From an uncultured Gemmataceae bacterium (GTDB taxonomy: Bacteria > Planctomycetota > Planctomycetia > Gemmatales > Gemmataceae): 64,000 nt of DNA. This document shows positions 32,385 through 44,029 of the stretch, one piece after another. Position numbers and translations under genes: made by a program. The notes under the pieces are model-generated. The model was not told where the DNA came from, did not search any database, and saw nothing but the letters and a program-made list of their open reading frames with translations. Position 1 is the first letter of the stretch, and each line of letters starts with the position of its first letter. The stretch lies in NCBI GenBank assembly GCA_963750165.1, contig CAVVPN010000010.1, positions 96,001-160,000 on the forward strand, in the 5' to 3' direction.

Positions 32385-33563
32385 GTGTCTGACACAACCC
32401 CACGGGAGCGGCCACGCATTAGCGTGGTCACGCCCTCCTACAACCAGGGCCAGTACCTGGAGCAGTGCATCCGCTCAGTGCTGGACCAGGGTTACCCCGA
32501 CCTGGAGTATTTCGTCCTGGACGGCGGTTCCACGGACGAGAGCGTGTCCGTGTTGCGCCGCTACCACGACCGCATTACCTTCTGGGTCAGCGAGCGCGAC
32601 GGCGGCCAGAGTGCAGCCATCAACCGCGGCTTTCGCCTGGCCACGGGCGATGTGGTGGCCTGGCTGAACGCCGACGACTTCTACCTGCCCGGCGCCTTCA
32701 ATCACGTGGCCGCCACTTACTGTCAAGACCGCGCGGCCTCGTTCTACTTCGGCAACGGCTGGCGCGCCAACGCGGCCGGGGAGAAGCTCAGTGACTTCTT
32801 CCCGGACGGCCAGGCTCGCTTCCACGCCCCCGCCCTGGTGCTCGGCCTCAACTTCATTCTGCAGCCCGCCACGTTCATCAACCGTCGTCATCTGGAAGCC
32901 GCGGGATACCTGGACTCGGAGTTGCAGTACGGCATGGACTCGGACCTGTGGCTACGACTGGCCCGGCTGGCTCCGCCCGTGGTCGTCCCGGCCACCCTGG
33001 CAGCGTCCCGGGAGTATCCCACGACCAAGACCTCCACGGGTTCGTTCCACCGGGCTGAGGAACTGCGACTCATCTCGGAGAAACACAGCGGCCTGCCGCT
33101 GACGCCGGGGGCGCTGCTGTACTACCTGAACACGCTCCAGGGTTTGGCGGTTCAGCGACCGGACGTGTTCCCGCTGGCGTTCCTCATCGAGGTGCAGGTG
33201 CTGTGCAAGGCGGCCCAGCGCCTCCTGGGAGGGATCGGTGCCCGTCCCGACGGCTTCCCGGCCGCCGACGAGTCCGAGTTGGTCCGCTACGCCCGGGACA
33301 TCGAGGACACTCTGACCGCGATGGGTATGGCCACGGAGGCGGATCGGGTGGCACGGCAACAGATCATCGAACAGCTCGCCGCGCGGATAACCGCCGCCGA
33401 GCACGCCCGGGACGCCCGGCAACAGATCATCGAACAGCTCAGTGCCGAACTCGGAGCCGCCCGGCAGGAGGCCGAGGAGTTGCGCCGCCTCACCCTGACC
33501 CGGCGGCTGCTGCGGCTGCCGCGCCGGGCCTACCGGCTGCTGACCCGTGGCCGGGCGGGGTAG
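32385..33563 (+). CDS. GT2 glycosyltransferase with short coiled coil and basic tail
   Basis: ISVVTPSYNQG, DGGSTD, WLNADD, QPATF. Confidence 0.9.
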   Translation: MSDTTPRERPRISVVTPSYNQGQYLEQCIRSVLDQGYPDLEYFVLDGGSTDESVSVLRRYHDRITFWVSERDGGQSAAINRGFRLATGDVVAWLNADDFYLPGAFNHVAATYCQDRAASFYFGNGWRANAAGEKLSDFFPDGQARFHAPALVLGLNFILQPATFINRRHLEAAGYLDSELQYGMDSDLWLRLARLAPPVVVPATLAASREYPTTKTSTGSFHRAEELRLISEKHSGLPLTPGALLYYLNTLQGLAVQRPDVFPLAFLIEVQVLCKAAQRLLGGIGARPDGFPAADESELVRYARDIEDTLTAMGMATEADRVARQQIIEQLAARITAAEHARDARQQIIEQLSAELGAARQEAEELRRLTLTRRLLRLPRRAYRLLTRGRAG

Positions 33564-33628
33564 GGCAGTGCGACCGCGGGGCGTGCTTGGCAATACCTCG
33601 TAAGTCACAACGTTTCAGGTGAGTGCCC

Positions 33629-36022
33629 ATGCGTATCGGAATTGAGATGAGGCAGGTGGTCCTGGGCAAGGCCGGCGGCATCTCCCTGTTGCTCAAGGGG
33701 GTGCTCGAAGCCCTGTTCCGCCTGGATCGGGACAACGAGTACTTCGGCTTCTGCACCGTGTTCAACCGCGGCCTGCTGGAGCGCGGCCCGGAGCGGGGTG
33801 AGATCATGACCCTGCCGGCGTACCACTACATGGCCGAGGTCAATCGCCTGTCCCACCACCTGAACCTGGACGTGCTGTTCCGGGCCTATCCGGTGGAGCA
33901 CGACCTAACCTTCCCGTTGAACAAGCAGATTTTCCTGATCCCGGACATCCAGCACGAGTACTACCCCGAGTTCTTCGACGCCGAGACGCTGCGCTCCCGA
34001 CGGGTGGCGTTCACACAGGCGCTGGCGGGAGCGGGAGCCATCGGCACCATCTCCGAGTACGCCCGACAGACACTGCTCGATCAGGAATGCACTCACTGCC
34101 GGGACATCTTCCTGATGAGCCCGGCCCTGCAGGAAGAGCACCGCCAGGCGTCCCTGGGGGACGTGACCGCGGCAGAGCGCGAACTGGTGCCGGCCAACGA
34201 CTACTTCCTCTACCCGGCCAACCTGTGGCAGCACAAGAACCATCGCCGTGTGCTACAGGCGTTCGCCCGGTTCCTGGAGAAGTCGCGCAAGCCGATGACC
34301 TTCGTCTGCACCGGCCACCCCGGCGGCTGGCCAGCCATCCAGGCGGACTTCCCGAACCTGCCGGTGCGGCACATCGGCTTCGTCCGCGCCCCGCTGATGC
34401 GGTTGCTGCTGAGCCGGGCCCGCGCCCTGGCGTTCTTCTCGCTGTATGAGGGCTTCGGCATGCCGCTGCTCGAAGCCTTCGACGTGGGCACACCGGTCAT
34501 TTGCAGCAACACCACCAGCCTGCCCGAGGTCGGCGGCGACGCCGTGCTCGACTGCGATCCGACCGATCCCGAGGCAATGGCGGACCTGATGGCACGCATC
34601 GCCGAGGACGACCGGCTGCGTATCGAACTGGTCGCTCGCGGCCAGCGGCGACTACGGTTGTACACCTGGGAGCAGTCGGCCCAGAACCTGCGCGGCGCCT
34701 GCGAGCGCGTGGCTGCTCCCGAGGCGGACGGCCCCCGCGTATGCGTCTCGGAACCGCCGCTGGTGTCCATCGTCACGCCGTCATATAACCAGGGCCGCTT
34801 CCTGCGCCGCACCATCGAGAGCGTCCTGAACCAGACTTACCCGCACATCGAGTACCTGGTGATGGACGGCGGCTCGACCGACGAGTCGGTGGAAGTGCTG
34901 CGATCCTACGGCGACCGCTTTCCGTGGGTCTCGGAGCCGGACCGCGGCCAGACGCACGCCATTAACAAGGGTTTCGCCCGGACGCGCGGCGTCATCCGCG
35001 CCTACCTGAACTCCGATGACGTGCTGCTGCCGGACGGCGTCGAGAAGGCGGTGGCGCACTTCCAGAGCCATCCCGGCTGTGACATGGTGTACGGCAACGC
35101 GAACTACATCAACGAACACGACGAGGTCACCGGCACCTACAACACGGCCGAATACTCGTTCGGGCGATTGATGCAGGACTGTTGCGTCTGCCAGCCGGCG
35201 GCCTTCTGGCTGTCGCGGATCGCCCGGCGCGTCGGCACGTTCAACGAGGCGCTGCACTACGTCATGGACTACGACTACTGGCTGCGCATCGACCGGGCGG
35301 GCGGCCGTATCGAACACGTCCACGATGTGTTGGCCTGCTCGCGGCTGTACCCGGAGACCAAGACACTCTCGGGCCGTTACAAGATTTACCAGGAAATCTT
35401 TGAAGTGTGCCGGCGGCACGCGGGCTACGTGGACATCGGCTTCTTCCACGGTTTCTGGCACCACCTGTGCCGCGAGCGTGACCGCGGACTGCCACGGCGG
35501 CTGTGCTGGCTGCCGCGCTTCCAACCCGGCATGGCGTACCTGCACCACAAGTGGTGGAACCGCCACCGCTACTCGGCGAGCAAGGTGCTGGCCGGCGTCG
35601 GCCGACGGCTGCGCCGCCTGGTCAGCCCGCCGCTGGGGCCGTTCACCTCGATCCTGACCCGGCTGCAGCGCCAGGGACCGCTGTCGATGGACCGCGGCCG
35701 CTGGGTCTCGGGCTTCTGGCCGGACAACTGGATCGGCCCCACCCTGCAAGTGGTGCTCAAGGACATGACTCCCGGCCGGCTGCTGCACGTCGCGGGGATG
35801 GCCAACCAGGACATGACTCTGACTGTCCTGGCCGGTGACCGGATCGTGGCCAACTACCCGCTTCGGGGTGAGCGCTACGAGAAGGTGTGCTTCCCGCTGG
35901 CGCCGGAATTCGGCAATCGGTTGTGCCTGAAATTCTCGCGGACCTTCACCGACGCGGCGCAGCGCCGCCTGTCCTTCTTGTTGCAGGACACCAACCTGTT
36001 TTCCGAGCAGGATCTGTATTAA
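33629..36022 (+). CDS. Bifunctional GT4 + GT2 glycosyltransferase
   Basis: YPAN.WQHKNH and SLYEGFGMPLLEA (GT4); VSIVTPSYNQG, DGGSTD, LNSDD (GT2). Confidence 0.92.
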   Translation: MRIGIEMRQVVLGKAGGISLLLKGVLEALFRLDRDNEYFGFCTVFNRGLLERGPERGEIMTLPAYHYMAEVNRLSHHLNLDVLFRAYPVEHDLTFPLNKQIFLIPDIQHEYYPEFFDAETLRSRRVAFTQALAGAGAIGTISEYARQTLLDQECTHCRDIFLMSPALQEEHRQASLGDVTAAERELVPANDYFLYPANLWQHKNHRRVLQAFARFLEKSRKPMTFVCTGHPGGWPAIQADFPNLPVRHIGFVRAPLMRLLLSRARALAFFSLYEGFGMPLLEAFDVGTPVICSNTTSLPEVGGDAVLDCDPTDPEAMADLMARIAEDDRLRIELVARGQRRLRLYTWEQSAQNLRGACERVAAPEADGPRVCVSEPPLVSIVTPSYNQGRFLRRTIESVLNQTYPHIEYLVMDGGSTDESVEVLRSYGDRFPWVSEPDRGQTHAINKGFARTRGVIRAYLNSDDVLLPDGVEKAVAHFQSHPGCDMVYGNANYINEHDEVTGTYNTAEYSFGRLMQDCCVCQPAAFWLSRIARRVGTFNEALHYVMDYDYWLRIDRAGGRIEHVHDVLACSRLYPETKTLSGRYKIYQEIFEVCRRHAGYVDIGFFHGFWHHLCRERDRGLPRRLCWLPRFQPGMAYLHHKWWNRHRYSASKVLAGVGRRLRRLVSPPLGPFTSILTRLQRQGPLSMDRGRWVSGFWPDNWIGPTLQVVLKDMTPGRLLHVAGMANQDMTLTVLAGDRIVANYPLRGERYEKVCFPLAPEFGNRLCLKFSRTFTDAAQRRLSFLLQDTNLFSEQDLY

Positions 36023-36061
36023 CCAGGCATTGGTTCCGAATCGCAAGAGAACACGAACCCC

Positions 36062-36087
36062 GTTCCCGTTTCGCGCGAAACGGGAAC
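36062..36087. repeat. Perfect 26-bp palindrome
   Basis: GTTCCCGTTTCGC|GCGAAACGGGAAC. Confidence 0.8.
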
Positions 36088-36104
36088 TTATTGCAGATTG
36101 CGAA

Positions 36105-36174
36105 TGGGTGTAGCGGAAGTCGCCAGACTTCCGAGCAGCACCGGACGGAAGTCTGGCGACTTCCGCTACACCCA
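36105..36174. repeat. GTAG-type REP doublet (REPIN-like), copy 1
   Basis: TGGGTGTAGCGGAAGTCGCCAGACTTCCG / CGGAAGTCTGGCGACTTCCGCTACACCCA, perfect 29-bp arms. Confidence 0.88.
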
Positions 36175-36361
36175 ACTGCGAACCGCTCGAGCGTTCTGCA
36201 TCCCTCTTGGCGCTCAACATTCATCTTAGCGCCGGGAGGGGTGCAGCGCGCAAGCCGCAAGCGGCAGAAAAGATGGACGCCTCATTTCTCACCTTTGCCT
36301 GGAGTTCATCACTGCCGTAAAATGACGCGACGCTGATCCCGCAGGCGCCGCGAGGTCCACC

Positions 36362-37288
36362 ATGTTCCGCCACCGCCGTTCCCGTACCCCGTGGCTGCTG
36401 CTCGCGCTGCTGCTGGGCGCCGCCGGCTGCGGCAATCCCGGCACGCCCGAACTGGTCTGGGGCAAGCGCGGCATCAACGGCGGCGAACTGGTCAAGCCGC
36501 GGGCCATCGCCATCGACAAGGACGACCACCTCTACCTCGTGGACTGGACCGCGCGCATCCAGGTCTTCGACCGCGATGGCAAGTTCCTGGATCGCGTCTG
36601 GAAAACGCCCGACTTCCGCAACGGCCGGCCCAGCGGCCTGAGCATCGACCGTGACGGCAACCTCCTCGTCAGCGATTCGCACTACCACTGCCTGCGCATC
36701 TACTCCCCCGACGGCGAACTGCTGAAGACCTTCGGCGGCGTCGAGGGCACCGGCCCCGGCCAGTTCAGCTACATCAGCGACGCGGTGCAGGACAGCGACG
36801 GCTACTATTACGTCGCGGAGTTCGGCGAGAACCAGCGCATCAGCAAGCTCGACCCGCGGGGCAAGTTCGTCCGCTGCTGGGGCGCTCCCGGCAGCGAGCC
36901 GGGCCAGTTCGCCCGCATCCGCGCCATGACGCTGGGGCCGGACGGCAACCTGTACCTCGCCGACGCCTGTAACCACCGCATCCAGGTCTTCACGCGCGAC
37001 GGCACCCTGGTGCGGTACTTCGGCGAGCACGGCAAGGAGCCCGGCCAGCTGGCGTACCCTTATGACGTGGCTTTCGGCCCAGGCCCAGACGCGCCGCTGT
37101 ACGTGGTGGAGTACGGCAACCATCGCGTGCAGAAGTTCACGGCGGCAGGCAAGTCGCTCGGCTGCTGGGGCAGCGTCGGCCGTGGGCCCGGCCAGCTGTT
37201 CGCGCCGTGGGCCCTGGCGGTGGACAGCCACGGCCGCGTTCACGTCCTCGACAGCGAAAACGACCGCGTTCAGCGCATTGACTTTTGA
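36362..37288 (+). CDS. NHL-repeat beta-propeller lipoprotein
   Basis: Lipobox AAGC; repeated G...PGQF..P..A.D...YV.D..NHRIQVF units. Confidence 0.9.
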   Translation: MFRHRRSRTPWLLLALLLGAAGCGNPGTPELVWGKRGINGGELVKPRAIAIDKDDHLYLVDWTARIQVFDRDGKFLDRVWKTPDFRNGRPSGLSIDRDGNLLVSDSHYHCLRIYSPDGELLKTFGGVEGTGPGQFSYISDAVQDSDGYYYVAEFGENQRISKLDPRGKFVRCWGAPGSEPGQFARIRAMTLGPDGNLYLADACNHRIQVFTRDGTLVRYFGEHGKEPGQLAYPYDVAFGPGPDAPLYVVEYGNHRVQKFTAAGKSLGCWGSVGRGPGQLFAPWALAVDSHGRVHVLDSENDRVQRIDF

Positions 37289-37361
37289 CCCGGCGCAGAC
37301 GACCATGTTGTCCTGGGCGCCGCCGAACTCCCGGCCGTCCCGTCCTGGCTGGAACACCACG

Positions 37362-40300
37362 ATGACGCAACTCCTCGCTCTGGCGCAAACGCGGTTGTGG
37401 GCCGGCGGCCTCTGGCTCGGCGCTGCGCTGCTGCTGGCCCTGGCCGTCGGCGTCCTGCGCGCCGCAAGCGCCGCGGTGCCATGCTGCCGCTGACCCTCGG
37501 GGCCGCCGCCGGCCTCGCCGTGCTGGCCGCCGTGCTGGCGCTGTACATCGAGGGCGACACGCAGGCCGGCTCCTACGTGCTGGTCATTGCCCTGGGCCTC
37601 ACCACCCTGACCATCCCCGTCCTGATGATCACACAGAAGTCGTGGCTGTTGGCGCCACAGTTCGCGCTGCTCGGCATCGGGGCGCTGTGGATGCCCGACG
37701 GCGGCAAGCCAGACTGGTCCGTCTGGGTGCTGGCCGGCGTCGGCACCTTGCTCGCGGGCCAACTATTCCTGCTGTTCCTGACGGGCTCCTGGTGGTCGCC
37801 GCTGGCCTACGCCGTGGTCGGCGCCGGTCTGCTCGTCCTGGGCGGCTGGTTGTCCGGGCCGCTTGGCACCGGCCAGGAACACTTCGTCGCCATGCTCAAT
37901 CCGGAGCGCGTCACCGTGTCCGAGCCGTGGTGGCTGCTGTTGCTGTTGCTCATCCCCTGGCTGATCTGGACCAGCTACCGCAGCCTGGCCGGCCTCGGCC
38001 CCGTCCGCGCCACTGTCGCCATCGGCCTCCGCGCCGCGCTGGTGCTGCTGCTGACGCTGGCCCTGGCCAACCTGCAACTCAAGCGCATCGACGAAACGGT
38101 CACGGTCATCTTCCTCTGGGACTGCTCCGAGAGTGTGCCGCAGAAGTTCGCCAGGGGCGACGATCCGCAAATCGAGCGTGCCGACCGGCTCATCAAGTTC
38201 ATCAACCAGGCCGTCGCCAACCGCGGCACCGGCCGCCAGCGCGATCGGGCCGGCCTGATCCTTTTCGGCCGCTGGCCGCTGGCGTTCCTGCCGCCGGCCA
38301 ACGTGCCGTACTTCAGCCTGACGAAGGACCAACTCAAGGACGCACCCATCGACGGCAAACGCACCGACATCGCCGCGGCGTTGAAGCTGGCCCTGGCGTC
38401 GTTCCCCGGCGGAACCGCCCGGCGCATCGTGCTGCTCAGCGACGGCAACGAGAACCTCGGCCGCGCCGAGGAACAGGCCCTCATCTTCAAGAATAACCGT
38501 GTGCAGATCGACGTGGTGCCGCTGGGCGCCGGCGAGCAAAACCCCAATGAAGTGCTCATCGAGCGCGTCGATCCGTCCACCGAGAACGAGAAGGGCATCA
38601 AGCGGACGCTGTACGTCACCCTGCGCAGCTACAACCCCGACACCGTCGTCGGCGAACTCCAGGTCTACAAGACCAGCCTGACGAAATTCAAGGATCCCGA
38701 GACGGGCCAGGAGCAGCAGCTGCTCACCACCACGAAACTCTTCGCCGACCGGAACGAGGACCGGCCGAAGCTGGTGCGCCTGAAGCCGGGCGTCACCGAG
38801 ATCGCGCTGCGCGGCGTGATCGACCCGGAAGAGGGCTCCAGCACGTTCGAGGCGGTGTTCCGGCCGCGGCGGGTCGAGGACGCGCAGGGCAAGGTGCTCA
38901 GTGAGGGGCTGCCCGGCGACCGCGTAGAGAACAACCGGGCCAGCACCAGCGTGGTGGTGCGTGGCAAGAGCCGGGTGCTGCTGATCGAGAACGGTATCGA
39001 GGACGAGAAGACCGGCCAGCACCGCGTCGGCGAGCACAAGCTACTGGTGGATCGGCTGCGTCAGGCCAACAAGGAGCGCGAGCTGATTGTCATGACGGCG
39101 GACCAGGTGCCGCAGGATCTCGGCAAACTGCTGCTGCTGCTGAGCAACGTCGATTGCGTGATCCTGGCCAACGTGCCCGCCGAGAAGCTGAGCGAGGCGC
39201 AGCAGGAGGTGCTGCGCAGCAACACGCACGACCAGGGCTGCGGCATGGTGGTCATCGGCGGCAAGCACGCCTACGGCGCCGGCGGCTGGCAGAATAGCAA
39301 ACTGGAAAAAGCCTGGCCGGTGGTGTGCGATTTGAAGTCGCTCAAGGTCGAGGGCAAGGGCGGCCTGGTGCTGGTCATGCACGCCTCGGAGATCGCCGAG
39401 GGCAACATGTGGCAGAAGAAGATCGCCCGGCTGGCGGTCGAGAAGTTGTCGGCGGTGGACATGGTGGGCATGGTGTACTACGACTTCGCCCGGGGGCCGC
39501 GCTGGCACATCCCGTTCCAGCAGGTCGGCCCCAACCGCGGCCGGCTGCTGAACCTGGTGGATACGATGAACCCCGGCGACATGCCCGACGCCGAGCCGCA
39601 CCTGAAGATGGCCTACGACGAGCTGAGCGACCGCCGTCACGGGCTGGGCACCAAGCACATCATCTTCATCAGCGATGGCGATCACTGGCAGCCGCCGGTG
39701 CAGCTCATCAACAAGATCAAGGCCGCGAAAATCAGTCTCACGGCGATCTGCATCACCTCGCACGGCCAGGCGGCGGTGGACAAGATGAAATCGATCCCGG
39801 CAGCCTCGTACCTGCCGGGCAAGGCCAGCAAGTTCTATTACGTGACCGACCCCAAGCAGCTGCCGGCCATCTACATCAAGGAATCGCGCATCGTCTCGCA
39901 GTCGTTCATCCACGACAAGCCGTTCCAACCGCAGGTGACCGCGGCGGGCCGGGCGACGCGGCCGACCAACAACTTGCCCGAGCCGCTGCCCAAGCTGCAG
40001 GGCTTCGTCCGCACGACGCCGCGCGACTCCAAGCTGGTGGAGGTGACCATCGTGACGCCCAAGCTCGGCGACCTGCAGTTCCCGATTCTGGCGCAGTGGC
40101 AATACGGCCTGGGCACGGTGCTGGCCTTCACCAGTGATGCGCAGACGCGGGAAAAGGGGCCGGTGGGCTGGGACCGCGACTGGGCCAGCGACAAGATGTA
40201 CAAGCAGTTCTGGGACCAGGTGGTCAAGTACGCGCTGCGTCGCGAGGAGCAGGGCGGCATGTTGCGTGTGGTGCCGGAGACGCGCGACAACCGCACGGTC

Positions 40301-41125
40301 CTCGTCGTCTACGCCCGGGACGACAAGGAACCGCTGGTCGATCTGAAGGTGACGGCGCGGGTGACGGCGACGCGGCTGAAGGACAATCAGGATCGCGAAC
40401 TGGAGTTCCGCCAGCGCAAGCCGGGTGAATACGAGGCGGAAATGCGGGCCGAGGAGGTCGGGGCGTACTTCCTCAACGTCCGGGCGACGCGGCGGGTGGG
40501 CGACAAGGAAGTGCTGGTCGGCAGCGTGCGCACGGTGGTGACGGTGCCCTATTCGCCGGAGTTCGGCGAGATGCGGGCCAACCCGGAGTTGCTGGAGGCG
40601 CTGCGGCGCATCACCGGCGGCAAGGCGTATGGCGAGGCGGAGGACACCCTGACGGCGGCGGTGAAGGCGCAGCGAAATCTTCCGCGCGGCGCCCGTGGGA
40701 AGTTTGAGTTTACAATCGATCTGGTTCTGGCTGCTGGTGCTGGCGGGCATCGGCCTGTTCTTCGACGTGGCGGTGCGGCGCATCGCCATCGAGCCGGCGA
40801 AGTGGTCGGCGGCGCTGCGGGCCTACTGGGACCGCCTGGCCGGGCGGCCGGTGTCGGAACCGGTGGTGGCGGCGGAGCGCCTGCAGGCGCGGCCGGCGGC
40901 AGGGGCGGAGCGCCGCTTCGAGGCGACCGGCGATGTGCCGCTAGCGGATGTGCCCAGCGCCACCGGGGACTTGCCGACGCGCCCGGCAGCGCCGCGGCCC
41001 GGGCGCAAGGGCCGGGCGTCGCCCCGGAGGCGCCGCAGGAGGCCGGCGACGCGATGAGCCGCCTGATGCGCGCGAAGAAGCGCGCCTTACAAGACCGCGA
41101 CAAGGACAAGGACAAGAAGGACTGA
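37362..41125 (+). CDS. Large membrane protein with VWA and glutamine-amidotransferase-like domains; frameshifts near 37461, 40670 and 41002
   Basis: WDCSES (MIDAS), TDIAAAL, LLSDGNEN, YGAGGW, FISDGD, QWQYGLG; C-terminal TM (IWFWLLVLAGIGLFFDVAVRRI) lies in another frame. Confidence 0.85.
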
Positions 41126-41147
41126 AACCCGCGAGGTTGAACACCGC

Positions 41148-41216
41148 GGCGAGCGGCGCGGCGTCAGCCCGCCGGTAACCCTACAGCACCGGCGGGCTGA
41201 CGCCGCGCCGCTCGCC
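41148..41216. repeat. REP-like hairpin with perfect 29-bp arms
   Basis: GGCGAGCGGCGCGGCGTCAGCCCGCCGGT / ACCGGCGGGCTGACGCCGCGCCGCTCGCC. Confidence 0.85.
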
Positions 41217-41278
41217 CAATCCGCCCCGTTTTCCGGCGAATAACAGAGAAAACCCCAACACAGGAGCCTGCACCAGCG

Positions 41279-42303
41279 ATGTCTACCGCCGCCACCAACC
41301 TGGCCGAACGCGCCAACGAATTCCGCCGCGCTTATGGGATAGTCCACCGAGAGATCGGCAAAGTCATCGTCGGCCACAGTGACATCGTGCATGGTGTGCT
41401 GACGTGCCTGTTCGTCGGCGGCCACGCGCTGCTGGAGGGCGTGCCCGGCCTCGGCAAAACGCTGCTGGTGCGGACGCTCAGCCAGGTGCTGGACCTGAAG
41501 TTCAACCGCATCCAGTTCACGCCGGACCTGATGCCGTCCGACATTTTGGGCACCAACATCATCAATGAGACGCCGGAGGGCAAGCGCGTCTTCAGCTTCC
41601 AGCCGGGGCCGATGTTCGCGCAGATTGTGCTGGCCGACGAGGTCAACCGGGCGACGCCGAAGACACAGTCGGCGATGCTGGAGGCGATGCAGGAGCACAG
41701 CGTCACGGTCGGCGGCACCATCCACCAACTGGAGGAGCCGTTCTTCGTGATGGCGACACAGAACCCCATTGAGCAGGAGGGGACGTACCCGCTGCCGGAG
41801 GCGCAGCTGGACCGCTTCTTCTTCAAGCTGGTGGTGAACTACTCGGGCCGCGAGGAGATGGCGACGATCCTGGAGCGGACGACGACGGGCCACTGGCCGC
41901 AGGCGAACAAGGTGATGGATGGCGAGCAGATCCGCGAGTGGCAGCAGCTGGTGCGTGAGGTGCTGGTGGCGCCGCCGGTGATCGACTACGCGATCCGGCT
42001 GGTGATGGCGACGCACCCGCAGGGCGAGTTCGCGGCGGCGGACACCAACAAATTCATCCGCTGCGGTGCCAGCCCGCGCGGGCGCAGGCGCTGGTGCTGG
42101 CCGCCAAGGTACGGGCGCTGCTGGAGGGCCGCTACAACGTCAGCTTCGAGGATCTCAAGCGCGTGTACCTGCCGGCGCTGCGGCACCGGATATTGCTCAA
42201 CTTCGAGGCGCAGGCGGAAAACATTCCGTCGGACCAGGTGCTGCTTGGTATCCTGAAGGAAGTGAAAGAGAAGGGCCCGGAGCTGGCGGGGGCCAGGGCG
42301 TAA
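41279..42303 (+). CDS. moxR: MoxR-family AAA+ ATPase, frameshifted near 42083
   Basis: EGVPGLGKT, RIQFTPDLMPSD, LADEVNRATPKTQSA, ATQNPIEQEGTYPLPEAQLDRF; C-terminus (PALRHRILLNF) in another frame. Confidence 0.93.
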
Positions 42304-42322
42304 TGTGAGAATGGAGGTAGCG

Positions 42323-42646
42323 ATGAAGACGACGACAGGGGTTCCGGTCGTGGCCGATCCCGAGGCACTCGCCTACGTCGAGGAATTGAGGCTCCGAAAC
42401 CTGATGGACAGGCTGGTGGAAGTCGCCGCGGACACCTATGACGATTTGCGGTGCATTAAGGTGAGTTTCATGCCCGCCTATGAGGAAGAGGCGCGGGTTT
42501 ACATTGAGCCGGTCCGCCCCGTGGAGCACGAGAAGGATAGGGCCACCGGCATGCGCTTCATCAACTGGGTGACGTCGAACGTCACGCCCGACCAATGGCG
42601 GTATTTCGGGTTTGCGGAACAATACGAGTCCGCCGATGGACGGTAG
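42323..42646 (+). CDS. Small protein, putative degenerate nucleotidyltransferase-like antitoxin
   Basis: GGAGG RBS, overlaps the HEPN gene by 11 nt; acidic alpha/beta pattern without a clear GS/DxD motif. Confidence 0.55.
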   Translation: MKTTTGVPVVADPEALAYVEELRLRNLMDRLVEVAADTYDDLRCIKVSFMPAYEEEARVYIEPVRPVEHEKDRATGMRFINWVTSNVTPDQWRYFGFAEQYESADGR

Positions 42647-43052
42647 GGCCTTCCTGGACGTGGCACGCGAACTGGTCCGTGGGTCAACGGCAGCCCACTG
42701 GCGGTCGGCCGTCGGACGTGCCTATTACGCTTTGTTCCTGGAAGGTGGTGAGCTACTGCTTCGGTGGGGGTTCGCCGCGACGTCAAAAGATCGGGAACAC
42801 TTTTTTGTCCGCACGCGCTTGCTATACTCGGCCGACCCTGACCTGAGGCAGGCGGGCCGCGACTTGGACTGGCTGGCGCCGTTGCGAAACAAGGCGGACT
42901 ATGTCCTGTCCGCGGTCGAGTTTCGCAACGCCACGGAAGCCAAAAGGGCCGTGGACAAGGCAGCGGATGCACTTACGAGGCTCGACACGGTGGCCGCCGA
43001 CTCGAACCGCACGGCCGCCGCCATCGCCGACATCAAGGCCCGATGGCCTTGA
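42636..43052 (+). CDS. HEPN-domain protein (putative RNase toxin)
   Basis: RSAVGRAYYALF and LRNKADY (R-x4-Y) motifs typical of HEPN. Confidence 0.85.
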   Translation: MDGRAFLDVARELVRGSTAAHWRSAVGRAYYALFLEGGELLLRWGFAATSKDREHFFVRTRLLYSADPDLRQAGRDLDWLAPLRNKADYVLSAVEFRNATEAKRAVDKAADALTRLDTVAADSNRTAAAIADIKARWP

Positions 43053-43085
43053 TCCCACAACCCACACCCTCATCCCGGCGCACCC

Positions 43086-43976
43086 ATGCCCGACACCCCA
43101 CAACCGCTGCTCGACCCGCAGTTCCTGGTCCGCCTGGAACAGTTGGAGTTGGTGTCGCGTAAAATCTTCCTGGGCCGCATGAAGGGCGAGCGCCGCAGCA
43201 AGCGCAAGGGTCAGAGCGTCGAGTTCGCCGACTACCGCAACTACGTCATCGGCGACGACCTCCGCCACCTCGACTGGAACCTCTTCGCCCGCCTCGAAAA
43301 GCTCTTCATCCGCCTCTTCATGGAGGAGGAGGATTTACATGTTTATATCTTGATCGACAACAGCCTGTCGATGGACTTCGGCAAGCCGACCAAGCTGCAC
43401 TACGCCAAGCAGGTGGCGGCGGCGCTTGGTTTCATCGGCCTGGTCAACCTGGACCGCGTCGTGCTGGAGGCGTTCAACGACAAGCTGACGCAGAGCATGC
43501 CGGCGGCGCGCGGCCGCCGCAGTCTGTGGCGGCTGGTCGATTTCCTGCAAAAACTGGAGCCCGCCGGGCCGAGCGACCTGAAAAAGGCCCTGCGTACCTT
43601 CAGCCTCAAGTGCAGCGGCAAGGGCATCGTCATCCTGCTCAGCGACTTCATGGACAAGCACGGTTACGAGGACGCCCTGCGCTACCTCATCGCCCGCCAG
43701 CTGGACATTTACGCGATCCAGATTCTGTCGCAGGAAGAGATTGAGCCGGAGATCGTCGGCGACCTGCAGTTGACGGACATTGAGGACCAGGACGTGGCGG
43801 AGGTCACGGTCAGCGGGCCGCTGCTGAAGCGCTACAAGCAGAACCTGGCGGCGTACCGGGCGGCCCTGTACGAGTTCTGCGCCCGCCGCGGCGTGGCGTA
43901 CCTGTTCACCAGCAACCAGGTGCCCTTCGAGCGCCTGATTTTCAGCTTTCTGCGGCAGCGCGGGCTGGTCAAGTAA
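43086..43976 (+). CDS. DUF58 domain protein (MoxR partner)
   Basis: GQSVEFADYRNYVIGDDLRHLDWN, IDNSLSM, LSDF. Confidence 0.92.
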   Translation: MPDTPQPLLDPQFLVRLEQLELVSRKIFLGRMKGERRSKRKGQSVEFADYRNYVIGDDLRHLDWNLFARLEKLFIRLFMEEEDLHVYILIDNSLSMDFGKPTKLHYAKQVAAALGFIGLVNLDRVVLEAFNDKLTQSMPAARGRRSLWRLVDFLQKLEPAGPSDLKKALRTFSLKCSGKGIVILLSDFMDKHGYEDALRYLIARQLDIYAIQILSQEEIEPEIVGDLQLTDIEDQDVAEVTVSGPLLKRYKQNLAAYRAALYEFCARRGVAYLFTSNQVPFERLIFSFLRQRGLVK

Positions 43977-43981
43977 CCAAT

Positions 43982-44012
43982 CTCCCCTCTCCCTCTGAAA
44001 GGGGCGAGGGGA
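43982..44012. repeat. CCCCTCTCCC/GGGAGAGGGG-type hairpin
   Basis: CTCCCCTCTCCCT-CTGAA-AGGGGCGAGGGGAG right after the DUF58 stop. Confidence 0.6.
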
Positions 44013-44029
44013 GGAAGAGGACATTCATC

